The notes: a model not told the origin generated them from the letters alone. A DNA stretch of 64,000 nucleotides from Candidatus Woesearchaeota archaeon CG10_big_fil_rev_8_21_14_0_10_44_13 (GCA_002762985.1 PCXZ01000034.1:8431-72430), one strand, 5' to 3'; shown: positions 1 to 9,057, numbered from the stretch's first letter. Numbers and translations are program-made.

Positions 1-1
1 G

Positions 2-310
2 AATGGGACAGAATTCAAGACGCCGTCGATAACGATGGGTGCTTTTGGGACAGGCACATTGACAGGCTACCTTGATGCAACCATGCTGAAGAAAGGAAGA
101 TATGATGCAGAGATAAAGATTTACTTTGATGGAAGCGAGAAAACGCAGGCCGCCAAGATAGAAGTTTTCAAACCTAAAGGGAAAGGTGTTTACTTGCCTA
201 TGCAGCTGGGGCTGAATACCACCACTCTGCTGATAGGAGCGATATTGCTGCTGGTGATATTCAACATGATAATGCTTTTATGGATGAGAAAGAAAAGGAC
301 AGGCCCTTAG
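2..310 (+). CDS. C-terminal fragment of a surface (S-layer/CARDB-like) protein with a C-terminal transmembrane anchor; the 5' end lies outside the window
   Basis: The frame is open from the window edge. It ends ...TTTLLIGAILLLVIFNMIMLLWMRKKR, a hydrophobic helix followed by a basic stop-transfer. The same C-terminal architecture is seen at 946..2919 and 57805..59178. Confidence 0.45.
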   Translation, partial: NGTEFKTPSITMGAFGTGTLTGYLDATMLKKGRYDAEIKIYFDGSEKTQAAKIEVFKPKGKGVYLPMQLGLNTTTLLIGAILLLVIFNMIMLLWMRKKRTGP

Positions 311-801
311 GCTGGCTGCCACATTGGCCGTTAATCTATGCAATATCAGATGGGGTGATGGGGTGCGTCTTGAAAAAAAAAGATCTTATTTTGAAAATGG
401 TCATTGTCATTCTTGTTGTATCGCTGCTTACAATCTTTTTTTATGAAGCATTCGCAGGAAAAACAGAGTTCAGCGGAGCTGAGAGCATCCAGACAATAGA
501 TGCGAGATTCATAGTGGGGGACAGGGTAGGGCTGAATGCAGATAAGGATGTGCTGGACTTCGGGATAATCATGCCTGGCAGCAGCGCAATTAGGAGCATA
601 AATGTGACCAATACCCACCCTTACAATATAACAGTAAGATTGTACAGTTCAGGGAACATATCAAAGTTCATAAGGTTCGATGGGGCAATGCTTGTTGCCA
701 TAAATGAGACAAAGGAGATCTTTTTGGGTGCTTACGTACCTTCAAACGCCACTTTTGAGAGCTACTCAGGGGACATAAAGGTTGCATTCTTCCCTTCCTG
801 A
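280..801 (+). CDS. hypothetical secreted/membrane protein with an N-terminal hydrophobic signal-anchor
   Basis: 173-aa ORF with N-terminal LILKMVIVILVVSLLTIFFYEAF. The rest is N-x-S/T-rich, like an extracellular protein. I recognise no family. Confidence 0.35.
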   Translation: MDEKEKDRPLGWLPHWPLIYAISDGVMGCVLKKKDLILKMVIVILVVSLLTIFFYEAFAGKTEFSGAESIQTIDARFIVGDRVGLNADKDVLDFGIIMPGSSAIRSINVTNTHPYNITVRLYSSGNISKFIRFDGAMLVAINETKEIFLGAYVPSNATFESYSGDIKVAFFPS

Positions 802-945
802 GGACCTGGCATCATTTGGCTGCGTTTTCATCAGGAATCCATTAACAGGGTTTTAATCTGTTTTCAGGCCTAAACTCCGAAAAATACCAAAAAGATTTAT
901 AAATAAACAACCACCCTATTCTCAAATCCAAAAAAGAGTGATTAG

Positions 946-2919
946 ATGCCCGGAATAAGCGAAAGATTAGGTATATCAAACAACATGCTGGCTTTTCTTG
1001 TAGTGATTTTTTTATTGATATCATCATGGGGCAATTGGCATATCATAAATATGCAGGATGTGACAGGATGGACCAGCGAAGGCTCAGGGACAATAGGCGC
1101 TTGCGTCAACAAGCCTCCGACAATAAGCCATTCCTGCACATTGACGGCTTATATCAGCCAGGAGTATGAATGCGATATAGATGCTGTGAAGGACGCAGGA
1201 GAAAACCTGACCTTCTATGATTATACGAGCCTATTCGACATAAATGCCACAGACGGCATGATAAGGTTCACGCCCACGTCCTCGCAGGCAGGCTCATATC
1301 TCATCAATATCACAGTTAAGGACAACAGCTCATGCTCTAATGATGCCAATTCCACAATAATCGGGCTCACGATAATGGAGGCATACTGCGGCGACGGGAC
1401 ATGCGGGACCGGGGAAGACTGCAGCAGCTGCTCAACAGACTGCGGCTCATGCCCCACAGTGGAAAAGCCTGCTGCAGTGGCTTCCGGAGGAGGGGGGGGA
1501 TCAGGAGTGAATATGTTTGACATAGATTTTTCCAAATTAGATGAGAAGATATTCACAAGATATGCAGGAGAGAAGATAGTTTTCACGTTCAATGGGGTAA
1601 CGCCGCATAATATCTATTTAAAAAATGTAGAAGAGGGGTATATTGTCGTCTCATTAGACAAAGGGGCCGATAACACAGTGAATATCAAAGAGACAAAAAA
1701 GATAGACATCAATGGTGACGGTGTCGGGGATATAATCATATTCTATATGAGCATGGACCAGGACAAAAAAGCCCAGATAAAGGCGAGTGTCGGGGAGGGG
1801 GCAGAAGCTGTGGCAAAGGATGATGCCCTGCCGATAAAGATAGACCCTGAATCCATAAAAATCCTTCTCAGGGTCGGGACGACATTCGAGCAGAAACTAA
1901 GCATAAGGGATATAGGAAGCTATGATTTCAATGTTGCTCTCGATGTAAAAAACCTTGGGGATTTCCTGGAGCTGTCCGAGACTGAGTTTGTGGTCTACTC
2001 AATGGGAAAAAAAGAGCTGACATTGGTGTTCAAGGCGTCTCCGGGCCAGCAGCCCGGCGTCTATACAGGGAAGATATTTGTTGAAGCCGCTCCGAGCCCG
2101 GGCAAAGGCGAGAAGATATACAAGAACATCCCTGTCATAATAGAAGTTGAATCTGCTGATGTGTTCTTTGACGCGACCATAGACATCCCTTCGGATTACA
2201 GGGAGGTAATGCCTGGCCTGCAATTAAAGGCCCTTGTCACATTATTCAACCTGAAGAAGGTCAGGCCTGTCGATGTTGATGTGGATTATATCATAAAGGA
2301 CATGTATGGGAACGAGATTGCCAGGGAGAAGGACACACTGTCGATAGAGGAGCAGGTATCATTTGAAAAGACGATAAAGATCCCGGAAGGCGTTAAGGAA
2401 GGGGAATATGTCCTCATAGTCCAGACAAGATATGGGAGCTCATTCTCCACGACGAGCCAGAAGTTCTATGTCGGCAAGAGCGAGATCAGCAGGATCGAGG
2501 AGACAAAGGCTGTTGTCAAAGAGGTCCAGAGCAAGTACAACATGGCATTGTTCGCGGGTGTTGTCCTGCTGTTCGGAGCGACAGCATTCATGTTCATGCA
2601 TTACAGGAAGAGGATAGGGACGATAGAAAAAGAGAGCAAAGAGAAGATAGTCAGGAGATTGGAGGAGCTTGAGCAGAGATATAGGAAAGAGTATGAGAAG
2701 ACAGAGGAATTCATGAAGGATGAAGAGGAAAAGCTCGGCCTTGACAGGCTTGCTGATTTCATAAAGGAACATCTTGAAAAGGGATTCGATAAAGAGCGCA
2801 TAAGGGAACATTTGAAAGATCACGGCTGGAAAGACCATCACATAGACCATGCTATGCGCAAGGCATCGAAGAAAAAGCTTGAGGAAGAGATAGAGAACCT
2901 CAGGAGGATGATCAGATGA
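946..2919 (+). CDS. large type-I surface protein: signal peptide, Cys-rich CGDGTCGTGEDCSSCSTDCGSC module, Gly linker, CARDB/S-layer-like beta domains, C-terminal TM helix and a charged coiled-coil cytoplasmic tail
   Basis: 657-aa ORF. The N-terminal hydrophobic LAFLVVIFLLISSW is followed by the Cys cluster and a GGGGGSG linker. The TM helix ALFAGVVLLFGATAFMFMHY is followed by an EEL/EK-rich tail. The 3' end overlaps the next gene by 4 nt (ATGA). Confidence 0.6.
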   Translation: MPGISERLGISNNMLAFLVVIFLLISSWGNWHIINMQDVTGWTSEGSGTIGACVNKPPTISHSCTLTAYISQEYECDIDAVKDAGENLTFYDYTSLFDINATDGMIRFTPTSSQAGSYLINITVKDNSSCSNDANSTIIGLTIMEAYCGDGTCGTGEDCSSCSTDCGSCPTVEKPAAVASGGGGGSGVNMFDIDFSKLDEKIFTRYAGEKIVFTFNGVTPHNIYLKNVEEGYIVVSLDKGADNTVNIKETKKIDINGDGVGDIIIFYMSMDQDKKAQIKASVGEGAEAVAKDDALPIKIDPESIKILLRVGTTFEQKLSIRDIGSYDFNVALDVKNLGDFLELSETEFVVYSMGKKELTLVFKASPGQQPGVYTGKIFVEAAPSPGKGEKIYKNIPVIIEVESADVFFDATIDIPSDYREVMPGLQLKALVTLFNLKKVRPVDVDVDYIIKDMYGNEIAREKDTLSIEEQVSFEKTIKIPEGVKEGEYVLIVQTRYGSSFSTTSQKFYVGKSEISRIEETKAVVKEVQSKYNMALFAGVVLLFGATAFMFMHYRKRIGTIEKESKEKIVRRLEELEQRYRKEYEKTEEFMKDEEEKLGLDRLADFIKEHLEKGFDKERIREHLKDHGWKDHHIDHAMRKASKKKLEEEIENLRRMIR

Positions 2920-3494
2920 TCTTTTCGCTGCAGGAGATTTTCGACATAGCTGTGATGAGCGGGGCGATCGGGTATATGTTCAATGATTCCTTCGGCAGCA
3001 TAGCCCATAGGACAGAGGATTACGACCCTTTGACGCATTACAGGAAAAGGTTTGATTTTGACAGCCTGATGTTCGCTGTCATTGTGGCTGCTCCTGCGAT
3101 AATACTGCATGAATTGGGCCACAAGTTCGTGGCCATGAGTTTCGGCTTTACTGCGGTCTTCCATGCGGCTTACACATGGCTTTTCATAGGCGTGATATTG
3201 AAACTGCTGAACTTCGGCTTCATATTCTTCGTGCCTGCATATGTCTCTTACAGCGGCTTGACTTCCCCATTGCAGAGCTCAATGATAGCTTTTGCAGGGC
3301 CATTCGTCAATCTACTGCTGTGGATTGTGCCTTTCATCATCCTGAAGAAGGATATCAAGATGAAAAGGAAGGTGAGGGCGTTCCTCTTCCTGACAAGCAG
3401 GATAAACATGTTCCTGTTCATATTCAACATGCTGCCCATACCTATGTTCGACGGGTATCATGTCTTCCAGGGCCTGATAAGCGCATTCATGTGA
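2916..3494 (+). CDS. site-2-protease-like zinc metalloprotease, peptidase family M50
   Basis: The HExxH motif (ILHELGHKF) lies inside a TM helix. The second M50 motif NMLPIPMFDGYH (N-x-x-P-x-x-x-[LF]DG) is present. The protein is multi-pass hydrophobic and translationally coupled to the upstream surface protein. Confidence 0.7.
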   Translation: MIFSLQEIFDIAVMSGAIGYMFNDSFGSIAHRTEDYDPLTHYRKRFDFDSLMFAVIVAAPAIILHELGHKFVAMSFGFTAVFHAAYTWLFIGVILKLLNFGFIFFVPAYVSYSGLTSPLQSSMIAFAGPFVNLLLWIVPFIILKKDIKMKRKVRAFLFLTSRINMFLFIFNMLPIPMFDGYHVFQGLISAFM

Positions 3495-3518
3495 TTTAAT
3501 ATATTCTCGCCCATACAA

Positions 3519-3531
3519 ATATTTAAATAAG
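3519..3531 (+). promoter_or_regulatory. TATA-box-like element (atatttaaataag) ~25 nt upstream of the pyrG ATG
   Basis: A/T-rich TATA-like box at archaeal spacing from the start codon, implying a leaderless or short-leader mRNA. Confidence 0.35.
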
Positions 3532-3550
3532 AAATAGAGTTAGTTGGATA

Positions 3551-5167
3551 ATGCACACAAAATTCATTGTTGTAACAGGGGGGGTTCTTTCAGGCGTCGG
3601 GAAAGGCACGATAACCGCTTCTATAGGAAAATTGCTTTCGCTGCAGGGCTATAAGGTCGCTTCTATCAAGATAGACCCTTACATAAACATAGATGCAGGC
3701 ACTATGAGGCCCACTGAGCACGGCGAGGTGTTCGTGACAGAGGACGGAGGCGAGACTGACCAGGACCTTGGGATATATGAGAGGTTCATAGGGAATTACT
3801 GCCTTAAAGAGCAGAATATGACGACTGGCCAGGTCTATGAGACCGTGATCCACAAAGAGAGGAACCTTGAATATGGCGGCAGATGCGTTGAGGTCATACC
3901 CCACATACCCGAAGAGGTGAAAAGAAGGATCAAGGCAGTTGCCGAGAAAAACAATGCTGATTTCTGCCTTATTGAAGTTGGGGGGACTGTAGGGGATTAC
4001 CAGAATGTGCTTTTCCTGGAAGCGCTCAGGGAGATGAGGCTTCAGGGAGAAAAGATAGTCTTTGTGCATGTCGCTTATCTTCCTGTGCCCGGGAATCTTG
4101 GTGAGATGAAGACTAAGCCTGCGCAGAGATCCGTAAGGGACCTGAATTCAATAGGGATACAGCCAGATTTCATAGTCACAAGATCTGCGATGCCGCTTGA
4201 TGATGTAAGGAAAGAGAAGCTCTCATTGTTCTGCAATGTAGTCAAGGATGATGTGATCTCATCCCCTGATGTCAGGAACATCTATGAAGTGCCGCTTGTA
4301 TTGGAAAGCCAGGATTTCACCTCAAAGGTGCTCTCTAAATTCAACATGGTCTTCAAGACTGGGAAGATGAAGGAGTGGGAGGCATTTGTTGAAAGTACAA
4401 AAAAACTGGAAAAAGAGGCCAGGATAGGCATCATAGGGAAGTATTTTGACACTGGCGATTTCACGCTTGAGGATTCCTATATCTCTGTCATTGAGGCAGT
4501 GAAGCATGCGTGCTGGAACAACGGCTTCAGGCCCAAGATTGAATGGATAAACTCAAAGGATTATGAGAAGGACGATAAATTGCTGCAGGGATTGAAGAGT
4601 TATGATGCCATCATTGTGCCCGGCGGTTTCGGGAAATCGGGCGTTGAAGGGAAGATCAAGGCAATAAGGTTTGCCCGCGAGAACAAGATCCCTTATCTTG
4701 GATTGTGCTACGGCATGCAGCTTGCTGTGATCGAGTTCGCAAGGAATGTCTGCGGGATGAAGGATGCGAATACGACTGAGAACGACCCGAAGACAAGATT
4801 CCCTGTCATTGACATAATGCCCGAGCAGAAGAAGATAATCGCAGAATCGAAGTATGGGGCGACGATGAGGCTCGGGGCTTATAAGGCCGTGCTTAAGAAA
4901 GGGAGCATAGTGCATAAGCTTTATGGCAAGGATGAGGTTTCTGAACGTCATAGGCACAGGTATGAGGTGAATCCTGAGTTCATTTCTAAATTAGAGGCAA
5001 AAGGCCTTGTGTTCTCCGGGAAAAGCCCTGATGGGAAGCTGATGGAGTTCATTGAAATCCAAAATCATATTTTTATGGTGGGAACACAAGGGCATCCAGA
5101 GTTCAAGTCTTATCCGATGAAGCCTTCGCCATTGTTCGACGGGCTTGTGAAGGCGATCAAGAAGTAG
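3551..5167 (+). CDS. pyrG: CTP synthase
   Basis: 538 aa. The N-terminal synthetase domain has VTGGVLSGVGKG. The C-terminal class-I glutamine amidotransferase has GLCYGMQ and the HPEF His region. Confidence 0.95.
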   Translation: MHTKFIVVTGGVLSGVGKGTITASIGKLLSLQGYKVASIKIDPYINIDAGTMRPTEHGEVFVTEDGGETDQDLGIYERFIGNYCLKEQNMTTGQVYETVIHKERNLEYGGRCVEVIPHIPEEVKRRIKAVAEKNNADFCLIEVGGTVGDYQNVLFLEALREMRLQGEKIVFVHVAYLPVPGNLGEMKTKPAQRSVRDLNSIGIQPDFIVTRSAMPLDDVRKEKLSLFCNVVKDDVISSPDVRNIYEVPLVLESQDFTSKVLSKFNMVFKTGKMKEWEAFVESTKKLEKEARIGIIGKYFDTGDFTLEDSYISVIEAVKHACWNNGFRPKIEWINSKDYEKDDKLLQGLKSYDAIIVPGGFGKSGVEGKIKAIRFARENKIPYLGLCYGMQLAVIEFARNVCGMKDANTTENDPKTRFPVIDIMPEQKKIIAESKYGATMRLGAYKAVLKKGSIVHKLYGKDEVSERHRHRYEVNPEFISKLEAKGLVFSGKSPDGKLMEFIEIQNHIFMVGTQGHPEFKSYPMKPSPLFDGLVKAIKK

Positions 5168-5168
5168 A

Positions 5169-5519
5169 TTATTTCTTTTTGTAGCTGAATTTTTTGTCAT
5201 AAGTTTTATGATCGATTATATCTAGAATAAATACGATTAACTCATTTTCATCTTTTCCAGAAGTCAATGTATAAAGCATTCTCCAAAAGTCCGGAAGTTC
5301 TATCCTAAACAGGTTATTTATGTTATAGTTTAGCTTATATTCTACAGGGGTTAGGGGCTTAGAGATAGGATCCCCATAATGTATATCTATTTTCACTAAT
5401 CTTATTTTTTGATTTATAGCGTCAAGAAGCATCCGGTCTAGTTTTGTTGTTTTTGTATTTAATAGATTATAGACTAGTTCTGCTTCTGGTGAAAATATGA
5501 CCTTGACTAGTTTTTTCAT
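5169..5519 (-). CDS. RelE/ParE-family type II toxin
   Basis: The C-terminal FWRMLYTLTSGKDENELIVFILDIIDHKTYDKKF matches the RelE/ParE signature (yRiiY...viLrighRk.vY). It lies immediately downstream of a small ORF on the same strand, the canonical antitoxin-toxin order. Confidence 0.55.
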   Translation of the reverse strand: MKKLVKVIFSPEAELVYNLLNTKTTKLDRMLLDAINQKIRLVKIDIHYGDPISKPLTPVEYKLNYNINNLFRIELPDFWRMLYTLTSGKDENELIVFILDIIDHKTYDKKFSYKKK

Positions 5520-5578
5520 GCAATATGTACAGAATTTAGTTTTTATAAGCCTTGCTCAAAAAATCCGAAAATCTTCCG

Positions 5579-5848
5579 CTATAACCGTAAACCTTCCGAA
5601 ATCGCTTTCTTTAATGATGGGTTTGTGTTGTGCACCCAGGTGATCCCTTTTAGACCAAAAGTTATCTTGTTGCTTTCCTCAAGATATCCCAGGATTGCCT
5701 TCAGTGTGTTGTGGTTCACCTGCTTCGGGAGCCTTCTTTTGAGCTCTGCTATTGTTATTACGCTATCGTCCATAGTTTTGAGAGCTTTCTCTACCATGAG
5801 GATGGTGTTCAATGTGGGGTAATGCTCTAGTTTTTGTTCGTGTAACAT
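5579..5848 (-). CDS. small DNA-binding-like protein, putative antitoxin of the RelE/ParE pair
   Basis: 89 aa, directly upstream of and co-oriented with the toxin. Its start codon lies inside the repeated motif ATGTTACAC, which recurs twice at 7389-7443. Confidence 0.45.
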   Translation of the reverse strand: MLHEQKLEHYPTLNTILMVEKALKTMDDSVITIAELKRRLPKQVNHNTLKAILGYLEESNKITFGLKGITWVHNTNPSLKKAISEGLRL

Positions 5849-6100
5849 TTTAATAACAAATATTTATCAATTAATACCTAATATATATTAACTTATATAT
5901 AAATGTTTTGGTTTGGTATGAGATAATATTAAGAAAATTTATATAAGCTCCGTTTTTCCTATGCTCAATGGCTATCCCCTACTTCCCGAACGACAACTGG
6001 TGGTCTTTGCCTTTCATGGCTTCTGTAATGACGATTGTTGCCATAGTTGTGGCATTCTATATCGCCTACAAGGAGGCGAAGAGGAAGGAGTTGAACTTAG
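5836..6100. repeat. direct repeat copy A (~250 bp): ATGTTACAC motif + A/T-rich promoter + first ~45 codons of an lgt-like gene
   Basis: About 90% nucleotide identity to 7499-7630 over the coding part (MAIPYFPNDNWWSLPFMASVMTIVAIVVAFYIAYKEAKRKEL vs MPIPYFPNDNWWSLPFMASVMTFVAIVVAFYIAYKEAKRKDL). The upstream aatttatataagc / ccgtttttcct blocks are also shared. Confidence 0.7.
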
Positions 6101-6291
6101 AAGAAAATTATATGATTAACCATTTCCACAAGGGGATGAAATCGATGCCATTTTCCTTTTTTTCCGTGTCTTTTGTCAAAATGACCAGTTCATTGACCTT
6201 GCTTAATTCCTGTTTGCACTCCATGAGAGCTTTTATTTCCCTTTCATCAATCTCATCAGTATATGAAACATTCATTGCCGTCAGGCTTTGA
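5968..6291 (+). pseudogene. truncated 5' fragment of an lgt-family gene (first ~45 codons intact, then reads into the antisense of the ATPase gene)
   Basis: The N-terminus is near-identical to the intact paralog at 7499..8320. Homology ends at ~6100, where the convergent ATPase gene's 3' end begins. Confidence 0.6.
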
Positions 6292-7388
6292 TCTTCATTT
6301 TTGATCATGAAATCCACTTCGCCTTTGTTTTTCCAGTAATAGACATCTTTTTCCCTTCTTTTTAATTCAATAAAAACCAGATTCTCAGCCAGCTTCCCTT
6401 CATCCCTTGAAAATTTAAAGCTGACGGAATTCCTCAATCCGTTGTCTATGCAGTAAATCTTCGATGGCAGCGTCTTCTGTTCCTTGAATGAGTAGGCGAA
6501 ATGGTCCAGTGTGAAAAATAAGAAAGCCTCTTTAAAATAAGATAGATAATCCCTTATGGTGTCATAGGATATTTTCAGAGAGTTTCTCAGACTTCTCAGG
6601 GAGATTATGCCTGTAGAGTTTGTTGTGAGAAATAATGCGAGATCCTTTGTCTTCTGTGTATTAAGATTATATCTGTCAATTATATCTTTATACAATATAT
6701 CATCAAAATACTGCTCCAGGATCCTAATCTTATATTCTTTCACCTTAAAGAAGATTTCAGGAAAACCGCCAAGAGCCATATACTCTTTCAAATGCTTCAG
6801 GATGAGCAGTTTTGTTTTTTCCAGGACTACCCCCCTCTTCAAATTATCCTTGCTGATTGAAATTTCTTTGAATAACAGGAATTCCTCAAAACCAAGCGGA
6901 AAAACCTCAAATGTGATGTTCCTGCCTGTCAAAAGAGTGGAATATTCTTTTCTCAACAGATGGGAACATGATCCTGAAATAACGAACTTGTCGTCAGTTT
7001 TTAGGTCATATTTTTTCCTTATCCATGATTCCCATCCCTCTTTTCTATGGATCTCGTCCAGGAAGATATATGCCTTCTTGTCCGGGTTTATGTCCCCCCT
7101 GTAGCCCGAGTAGATATCATCTAACGAATCATCCACAAGCTTTTTGTCCTCGAGATTCACAAACAAAATCTGCTCCGGCGATGCTCCCTTTTCCAGCAAT
7201 TTGGCTATCATCTGGTACATCAATGTGCTCTTCCCGGACCTCCTTACGCCCGTTATCACTGTTATCTCCCTTATCCTGACAGAATCGACCAGATGGCTGT
7301 ATTTCGGCCTGTTCTTGCCCTTCAATTCGTCTGGCAGGGACTTTTTCTCCCACCACTGGTTCCATTCGCTTAATTTGCTTATTTCCAT
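6108..7388 (-). CDS. AAA+ superfamily ATPase with a C-terminal DUF4143 (COG1373-type) domain
   Basis: Walker A GVRRSGKSTLMYQ and Walker B FLDEIH. The C-terminal ...GEVDFMIKNE... region is typical of the DUF4143 restriction-endonuclease-like fold. It is the only gene between the two ~250-bp direct repeats. Confidence 0.8.
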   Translation of the reverse strand: MEISKLSEWNQWWEKKSLPDELKGKNRPKYSHLVDSVRIREITVITGVRRSGKSTLMYQMIAKLLEKGASPEQILFVNLEDKKLVDDSLDDIYSGYRGDINPDKKAYIFLDEIHRKEGWESWIRKKYDLKTDDKFVISGSCSHLLRKEYSTLLTGRNITFEVFPLGFEEFLLFKEISISKDNLKRGVVLEKTKLLILKHLKEYMALGGFPEIFFKVKEYKIRILEQYFDDILYKDIIDRYNLNTQKTKDLALFLTTNSTGIISLRSLRNSLKISYDTIRDYLSYFKEAFLFFTLDHFAYSFKEQKTLPSKIYCIDNGLRNSVSFKFSRDEGKLAENLVFIELKRREKDVYYWKNKGEVDFMIKNEDQSLTAMNVSYTDEIDEREIKALMECKQELSKVNELVILTKDTEKKENGIDFIPLWKWLII

Positions 7389-7443
7389 ATGTTACGTTTA
7401 GGTGTAACATTAACTATATAAATGTTACGTTTTTGTGTAACAT
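7389..7443. promoter_or_regulatory. two copies of the palindrome ATGTTAC-N8-GTAACAT flanking a TATA box (ctatataaa), abutting the ATPase start codon
   Basis: Half-sites lie at 7389-7395/7404-7410 and 7422-7428/7437-7443. On the minus strand each copy reads ATGTTACAC..., the same 9-mer that starts the putative antitoxin gene at 5848. Confidence 0.5.
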
Positions 7444-7630
7444 TTTAGGCATTTATGCGGCTGACAACATTTATATAAAGCCCCGATTTCTTTGTTTCAT
7501 GCCGATCCCCTACTTCCCGAACGACAACTGGTGGTCTTTGCCTTTCATGGCTTCTGTGATGACCTTTGTTGCGATAGTCGTTGCGTTCTATATTGCCTAT
7601 AAAGAGGCGAAGAGGAAGGATCTGAATGTT
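7389..7630. repeat. direct repeat copy B (partner of 5836-6100)
   Basis: See copy A. Together the two copies bracket the 1.3-kb ATPase gene. Confidence 0.7.
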
Positions 7631-8320
7631 GATATGTTCTTCATGTCTGCACTTTGGATGGGTGCTGGTGCGTTGATCGGAGGATGGCTTGCTTTCTTTT
7701 TGACGCCTGGGCCGGGGTTCCTTAATATCTACCATCCTGGGGCGCATAGTGTGGGGGTGATTGTTGGAGGGGGGTTGGGAATAGCTGCTTATTGTTTGTA
7801 TAAAAAAGAGAATATAAAAAAAAAGTGTGGGAATCTAACAATATTCTTTACGAACCTTGCTGAAATATGGGGTTTAGGTGCCATGATAGGTACTTTTTTT
7901 TATAGGATTGGAGATTTCTTGAGCCATTGCATCGAGATTGGGACTCCGACTAACTTGCCTTGGGCAGTCATTGATAATGGAATAGCAAGGCATCCGATTA
8001 ATTTGTATTATTCACTTGCAGGGATAGTGATTTTTGTTATTTTAATTGAAATAAATAAAATTAAAATATCAAAAGAGGTTAAAGGATATACTCTAACCTG
8101 GTTTTTGATGATATATCCACTTTCAAGATTGTTTGTGGATTTATATAGGGTCCAATATTCAAAATTTTTTGGTTTAAGTGTTGATCAATTGATATTCTTA
8201 TTATTGACTATCCAATCTATAATTGCAATAATGGCTATCCACATATTATACAGATTTGAAAAAAGAAGACAGTTTGTTTATCCCCCATTAGATTTGATAA
8301 GATATTTGCTTAAAAAATAG
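7499..8320 (+). CDS. prolipoprotein diacylglyceryl transferase (Lgt) family membrane protein, paralog 1 (divergent)
   Basis: Multi-TM. Contains YRIGDFLSHCIEIG...WAVIDNGIARHPINLYYSLAG, which is collinear with the Lgt signature region (G-R-x-G-x-F...HP-x-QLY) seen in the three paralogs at 19.7-24.3 kb. The start is taken at the ATG matching the duplicated copy (7499), not the upstream ORF-track start. Confidence 0.55.
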   Translation: MPIPYFPNDNWWSLPFMASVMTFVAIVVAFYIAYKEAKRKDLNVDMFFMSALWMGAGALIGGWLAFFLTPGPGFLNIYHPGAHSVGVIVGGGLGIAAYCLYKKENIKKKCGNLTIFFTNLAEIWGLGAMIGTFFYRIGDFLSHCIEIGTPTNLPWAVIDNGIARHPINLYYSLAGIVIFVILIEINKIKISKEVKGYTLTWFLMIYPLSRLFVDLYRVQYSKFFGLSVDQLIFLLLTIQSIIAIMAIHILYRFEKRRQFVYPPLDLIRYLLKK

Positions 8321-8328
8321 TATAATTT

Positions 8329-9057
8329 TTATTTTAAACACACAAAATAATTATACAAACCGCTAGTATTTTCTTTTTTTAATATAACTTTAGGAGATTT
8401 AAATAAAATTAAAACAGAAGTAATGTAGGTGAGTAAACTCTGAGAGGTTATCGCAGTTCCTTGGGTGTAAACATCTACATTTTTAAAACCTTTATTTTTT
8501 ATAATATTAAGAAGTTCTTCCGTTTTAAATTCTTTTTTATGACTATTACAAAAAGGTTTTTTTGTGTTAAATAAGGCATCATTGAATTTTTTATTGGGCG
8601 TTGAAAGGATCATCACTCCTCCTTTTTTTAAAAGTTTGTAGACTTCTTTTAAGAATAGGCCATAATTATTTATATGTTCTATGGTTTCTAGAGAGACTAT
8701 CACATCAAATGACCCTTTAGCTAATTTTGTCTGCGTAGCTTCTGAACAGATAAAATGAAGATTTTTTGAGCGATATAGCTTTTTATTTCTTTTTATAGTG
8801 TCATGGTCCATATCAACTGCATAAACTTGGAATGCTTTTTTTGAGAGAATATTCGAACCATAGCCACACCCGCATGCAATATCCAAAACAATATCACATT
8901 TAGTTATATAATCTGAAGCAAAATTGTATCCCTGGGTATGAAAATTTTTCATTGTATTGAAAATGATATTTCTCCTTCCGTCCATATCAAATCGTTCTGT
9001 GCTCATCATCGGAGAGAATAATCGCCTTAATCCTTTATTGATTAGAGTAGCGCCCAT
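8329..9057 (-). CDS. class I SAM-dependent methyltransferase
   Basis: Motif I VLDIACGCGYGS, an acidic post-I residue and the motif-II-like FDVIVSLETIEHI. It is the last gene of the minus-strand radical-SAM cluster. Confidence 0.75.
   Translation of the reverse strand: MGATLINKGLRRLFSPMMSTERFDMDGRRNIIFNTMKNFHTQGYNFASDYITKCDIVLDIACGCGYGSNILSKKAFQVYAVDMDHDTIKRNKKLYRSKNLHFICSEATQTKLAKGSFDVIVSLETIEHINNYGLFLKEVYKLLKKGGVMILSTPNKKFNDALFNTKKPFCNSHKKEFKTEELLNIIKNKGFKNVDVYTQGTAITSQSLLTYITSVLILFKSPKVILKKENTSGLYNYFVCLK

Noticed and set aside
346-4957. Numerous 60-160-aa antisense ORFs inside the surface-protein gene and pyrG
   Set aside because: They are fully embedded in confidently assigned genes on the opposite strand, with no family resemblance.
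6108-7388. Transposase/integrase as the cause of the 5.8-7.6 kb rearrangement
   Set aside because: The only gene between the direct repeats is an AAA+/DUF4143 ATPase. There is no DDE, serine or tyrosine recombinase signature, so I describe it as a cassette or duplication, not an IS element.
7129-7410. 93-aa minus-strand ORF starting at the ATGTTACAC repeat
   Set aside because: It is out of frame with the ATPase and lies within its 5' region. It exists only because the repeated motif contains an ATG.
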